A DNA stretch of 64,000 bases from Eledone cirrhosa (Eukaryota). The position numbers were made by a program, and so were the translations under genes. The notes under the pieces are model-generated. The model was not told the origin of the DNA and made no database searches. It saw only the letters and a list, made by a program, of their open reading frames with translations. The DNA is taken from assembly GCA_964016885.1 (NCBI GenBank), contig OZ024740.1, forward strand, positions 283,588,001 to 283,652,000. The letters are read 5' to 3'. Position 1 is the first letter of the stretch. Every line of letters starts with the position of its first letter. Shown in pieces: positions 58,419-64,000 of the stretch.

Positions 58419-58570
58419 GAAAAAAGTGCTTTGTCAGATCAGATACTTCCAAGGCCCATTAGTGATTCTTGTAAAACATCAACTTATAAAAGTTTATATA
58501 TAGTCTGCTTTGCGTATTAATGGGGTTTTTTTTCTGTTTGTAAAAGCAAATGTACATACCTCTCTCTCTA

Positions 58571-58633
<63 letters not shown>

Positions 58634-58638
58634 GTGTG

Positions 58639-58672
<34 letters not shown>

Positions 58673-59775
58673 CATCTGTGAGTGGACATATATAATATTA
58701 TTATACATAACAATCTACTATTTTTTTTATCATACTTTACCTATAGCAATGATGACTATATCTATATTTACCTAAAATATCTACAATTTTTAAGTTCAGT
58801 CTTCTAGACAAAAACACGCACTACATATATTGAAATAAGTTCGACACACGAGGAAGTAAACAACAGATTTTAGTTGATTGAATCACGGACGAGATGATAA
58901 ACATTATATTCGCTTAGATTGAGTTATAGCAAAAACAAACTTAAATGGGGCTGGTAAGTACACAGCTGTAGGCTCTAGACATTACATTAGCTCAGATTTA
59001 CTGTTGTGTAGTATTCTCACTATTTTTCATATTAACGTAATGCCTACAGCTACGTAGTTATTATCTTATTATTATATATATATATATGTGTGTGTGTGTG
59101 TATGTACATATATGTGTATGTATGTATACATATATACGCCCGTGTGTGTGTGTGTGTGTGTGTATGTGTAATGGAGAAAGGACAGTAAATGGCATATATC
59201 TATGTAACCAAATGGCTACCATTCAGTCTGATAAATAACATTAATAAAATGGTGTTGTTCTATAATGTTCCGGTAAACTTCAATTGTTTTGTATGAATGC
59301 GATGGCTTTTGTACGTGGGTTGCGGTATTTTTTCTTATATTTTTGATTTGTTATAGGTAATTTGTTTTATATGTAGCTTGGGTATTAGTGTGTATATGGC
59401 TTGTTTTTACTGTTTTAGAAATGGCAAAGGACAATGCTTATGACGCGTTTAATGGTCTCTGGGACAAGCGGGAGGTATCTTAGAACTGGAGACTGGATTC
59501 GAATGTTAGCAACAGAGTAGAATCTACTAACGTCAACCAAGAGTCAGGCAGTAGGGTTAAACCCAGTAATAGAAGAAGTCTACTAGCTACTTTTGAGTGG
59601 CTAAAACATTCTATCCATAATCACTGGCTCAAAGTTAGATCTCACTACGTAACATCCTAGGCATATGCCTTTAACTTCCGCACAATTCAATTCAAGCCTT
59701 GTTAGTGTTCCTGTGAAGAAAGAAACTCTCTAGAAACCCATTAGATAGCCTGTACCCGTATTTCGTGATCTCTAT

Positions 59776-59814
<39 letters not shown>

Positions 59815-60419
59815 TGTGTGTGTGTGTGTATGTTGTGTGTGTGTGGGGGGGGGGGCGTGTGTGTGTGCATGTCAAGCAATTTATTAAAGAACATTGAATA
59901 TAAAAATTTACATTTCAACATCGATTTTAACATGATACCCTAGAAATATTTAATTCCTCCTGATATATTTCGGATATAATGCCCATTATGCGTTAAAAGA
60001 ATGTTATGTGAAAGAGAAAATGAGAGAGGGTGGAGAGAAAGAGGAAGAGATATGATTATTGTATATCCATTAATATGGCATGCTACCTCAATGGATGTAT
60101 TTTTTAAATCACCGAATAAAACTTAAACATTTTCAAAAATCCTTTAATAAACAATTGAATAAAATAACTTTGAATAAATACAAAGCTACGCAATCATATT
60201 TTGTAAAACGACCTATAGTTCACTCGCAAAGCATTTTGGGATAATTCAGCGGAAAATTCCAGTTTATCTATAATTTGTTATCTGTACAAAGAAATTTCCT
60301 TGTTACAAGACTGTCTAACGTTCCGCCATTAGGCATTTTAAAATTATGACAACTACACATTACGTGATGACAAAACCTTTGGCGCTTATTCAATGAAACA
60401 TTAATGGTTGTAAAACTGG

Positions 60420-60590
60420 ACATTTATCTGTAGTTATTCTTCAAATCGGCCATTTTGATCAATCATTCCCAGTGGAAATTCTTTATCTGTAGTTATTTTT
60501 CAGATCGACCATGTTGATCTACCATTCTCAAAAGCAGTGCTTATCGGTATTTATTCTTCAAATCGACCACTGCCAGAGGAAGTTCTTTCA
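60420..60590. repeat. ~59-bp degenerate tandem repeat, 3 units
   Basis: tttatctgtagttatt..tcaaatcg at 60423, 60482, ~60541. Confidence 0.7.
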
Positions 60591-60760
60591 TGTTTACAAA
60601 TGTTCTGCAAACATTAGCTTAATTCACTAGGGATGTCATTATGTAGATTTTGTTTAGTTTAATAATGTTCTTTATATATTTTCATATTTTTATATCATAT
60701 ATTTTTCCTAATATAAACATATGTTTGCATTTTCTGTTCCTCTCCCTCTCTATCTCTCTA

Positions 60761-60850
<90 letters not shown>

Positions 60851-61029
60851 TATATATACAGATATATAAACTAGCATAATATCCGCAAAAAATGATTGAA
60901 TCTTCGATTTTCCTTAACTTTCTCCCTCTTGTCACACCCGTCATCACTGTATTTCATTTGAGATTCATTGAGACCAATTACAATAAATGTCTTCCATATT
61001 TTCTTTAATAATTATCAAACATATATATA

Positions 61030-61872
61030 CCAGAACCAAGTTATTATTAACTCTAATTCCTGACATAGTTGTAATAAGAGAAGATCATTGGCATTACATT
61101 TTCCCATTCCATGGTGACCAGTACAACTCCACAATTCATTGACACATCCGACCCGGGCATTGAAATCTCCCAGCAAAACTAGTTTGTCATTCTTATCAAC
61201 ATTCTTCTGTATTGTCCTCCAGTCATCATAGAAGCTGTTTAATTCATCGTGTTGACTGACAACAGTTGGTGCATAAACACTAATCACTGTCATGAACTAT
61301 CTCGAAGCATGCTACAAACTCTGTGATATAATTGTTTCTACTTTTGGCACAAGGCCAGCAATTATCCCAGTGCATTACTGGTACTTTATTTTATCGACCC
61401 CGTAAGGATGAAAGGCAAAGTTAACCTCGGCGGGATTTGAACTCAGACCGTAACTCTATGCTGCAAAGCATGGCGTCCGACCCTCTGCCGATACTGCCAA
61501 TCCACTGCGATATTATTGTTTCTACGTTAGGCACAAGGCCAGCAATCACCCAGTGTATTACTGGTACTTTATTTTATCGACCCCCGTAAGGATGAAAGGC
61601 AAAGTTAACCTCGGCGGGATTTGAACTCAGACTCCACTGCGATATAATGATGTCTGAGAAGTCATGGGGCAGCTCGGTCAAATGTGGCACTAAGTGTGTT
61701 TTAACAGCGAAGCCAACAGCAGACTCTCGACGCAGGTTACCTGGCCTTCCTTAGTAAAACAAGGAGTAACTAGACTCAGGTTCTGTAGATGGCCATCATT
61801 AGTTAGCCATGTCTCAGACACTGCAACAATATCAAGACCGTAACGAGACAGTTATCTACAAATTAGAGCGCT
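61030..61872 (-). mobile_element. Decayed RTE-type LINE AP-endonuclease region interrupted by a SINE dimer
   Basis: LSRYGLDIVAVSETWL..AVGFAVK (61650-61872) and VISVYAPT..LLGDFNARVG..GKCNAN (61030-61293). Confidence 0.8.
61330..61636 (-). mobile_element. SINE dimer inside RTE remnant
   Basis: Two copies; ctgYgatat(a/t)at at 61321, 61505, 61637. Confidence 0.88.
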
Positions 61873-62485
61873 GAAAGGTTGTACTGGTGTCCCCGGTAAA
61901 AGGCACCCACCAATACACTATGTATAGTGGTGGACGTTAAGAAGGGCATATAATCATAGAGTCCATACTAAAATATGGAACGCGTGAGCAAGATAAGGTT
62001 TCTCAGACCCACGTAGTCTTGGGTCTTGAGAACCCATCCAATCTAGCCTAGCATTGAAAGTAAATATTAGATGATGATGATGATGATGATGATGATGATA
62101 TTGGTGGTGGTGGTGGTGGTGGTGGTGTTGGTGGTGGTGATGATAGTGATGGTGGTGGTGGTGGTGGTGATGATGATGATAACAATGATGATGATGATGA
62201 TGATGATGATGGAAACGTCCCAGTTATTAAAGTACTGGGGCAATGCTAGAGGTCTGTGACCTCTGGTCTTCTTTCGGTGTTTTGGTTATATTTTCACGTG
62301 AATTATATTTATTTCTATTTTTCGCTTGTCACTATTTATATCGCATGGCCTAGTTCTGTTGTTTTTTTGTTGACTTTTAAACTAGTATTGTTACAATTGC
62401 TTGAGTCGTTTTACAACAATATGATCTTCTGGTGTTTATATTTTTATCAATTCACACTAAATTGTGAATCAAACAATTGAGAAAT

Positions 62486-62681
62486 CGGTGGATTGGCAGT
62501 ATCGGTAGAGGGTCGAACGCCATGCTTTGACGCACGGAGTTACGGCCCTTGCCATTCTGAGTTCAAATCCCGCCGAGGTTAACTTTGCCTTTCGTCCTTA
62601 CGGGGTCGATAAAATAAAGTACCAGTAATACACTGGGTAATTGCTGGTCTTGTGCCTAACGTAGAAACAATTATTATTATT
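62486..62681 (+). mobile_element. tRNA-derived SINE
   Basis: Match to family consensus. Confidence 0.9.
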
Positions 62682-63229
62682 AGCCTCGTTACTATTGTTC
62701 ATTGTTGTTGTTGTTGTTCTTCTTCTTCTTCTTCTTCTTCTTCTTCTTTTTCCTCATCCCCCTCCTCCTCCTCCTCCTCCTCCTTCTTCTTCTTCTTCTT
62801 CTTCTTCTCTTCTCCTCATCCTCATCCTCCTTCTTCTTCTCCTTCTTCTCCTTCTTCTTCCAAGAAAAAGACACACTATCCAGAGGTTCCTATCAAAAGC
62901 AACTCTCTCCAAATGATCCTACTGGATACCTAAGCGAGGCTAGCCGAGCTCTTGACTTTTATCCTTCATTAAATCCCTGCAGTGTTAGAGCCGTTAAAAC
63001 GTCGGTCAAAATTCCTGATGGTATTTGCCCCAGATCTTTGAATTCTGAATCATCTTCGCCTTTTATCCTTCCTAAGTTAATAAATAAAGGATCAGTCAAG
63101 TACTGAGGTCTATTTGATCGAACTGTTCCACTTACCACAAATTCCTGTCCCTATATCTTCCAGAAAAGTGCCAGTTCAATCTCTGGTTTACTGACTTTGA
63201 TATTTTATAGCCTATTCATTTTGGATGAT

Positions 63230-63520
63230 TTTTCAAGATATTTTGTAAATTTTCGTTTACTAACTTTTGGTACAAAAGAACTGTAATTTCTTTAAGTTAT
63301 CACAAAATTCTATCGACACGATCGTTTCTCAAGATATTTTGTAAACTTTTGTTTACTAACTTTTGCACAAAAGAACTAATTTCTTTAAGTTATCACAAAA
63401 TTCTATAGACACGATCGTTCCCAAGATATTTTGTAGATTTGTGTTTACTAATTTTTTGTACAAAAGAACTGTAAAATTACTAACTTTAAATTATCATAAA
63501 GTTCTATGGATACGATCTTT
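63230..63520. repeat. 92-96 bp tandem repeat, 3 units
   Basis: caagatattttgta at 63234, 63330, 63422. Confidence 0.85.
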
Positions 63521-64000
63521 TTAGCAGTTTTTTGGGGCTTCTTCTCCCTAAAGGTCTTATTTAACAGAAAATTTGCAATAAACAATGACAGGAAATATTT
63601 CAAAAAATAATATTTTCCCACTCTAGGTGTTATGTTAGAAATAATTATTATTACTAATATTACTACTTACTACAACTTACAACGTGACACTCCACTAAGA
63701 GGATCGAAGACTACTATTTACTACAACTGAACACATGACCGAAAACTGGTTCGTGTAACATTCCTTACAGTAACAGGTATTGTTTCTTATTCTCGTGTCA
63801 AACTTTTAGTGCTGAAGATAAAAATACAGAATAGCAGACCTGCCAACCTCTAAAAACCCAAACGGGGAGTACTATGAAATGAGGCAAAATGGAAAGATTT
63901 TACATAAAGTAAGCTATACCCATTTTCACAAGAGAAAACATCTCTCACCCACCCCAAAGTGGGTGGGAGATCTCCCCGTCGGACGGGGAGAGTTTTAAAA

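Noticed and set aside
59419-59475. Possible exon MAKDNAYDAFNGLWDKRE resembling a neuropeptide repeat
   Set aside because: Single copy, no amidation Gly before KR, weak donor, no partner exons.

Overview
Eukaryotic, AT-rich, microsatellite-saturated intergenic or intronic DNA. Its repeat content is inferred to be cephalopod (Octopus-like). No host protein-coding exon can be supported, and almost all ORF-track entries are microsatellite translations. The only intact coding unit is a ~5.7 kb Tx1-type (L1 clade) non-LTR retrotransposon on the minus strand (ORF1 with a CCHC knuckle; ORF2 with APE-RT-zinc finger), embedded in (GATA)n. Two further 3' fragments of related elements also sit in (GATA/TATC)n, and ORF2 has no AUG ahead of its first endonuclease motif. 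The rest is retroelement debris: about 30 copies of a tRNA-derived SINE (several as multimers inside one TSD), CORE-like SINEs, RTE, CR1/L2 and CRE LINE remnants, a Penelope GIY-YIG remnant, a non-autonomous Helitron, MITEs, a full-length divergent U6 snRNA copy and minisatellites. The most striking unannotated signal is at least 11 minimal type I hammerhead ribozyme motifs from about 5 families. They lie in short (TA)n-embedded elements that often form fold-back palindromes with one ribozyme on each strand. All alignments and folds were done by eye, so coordinates may be off by a few bases.
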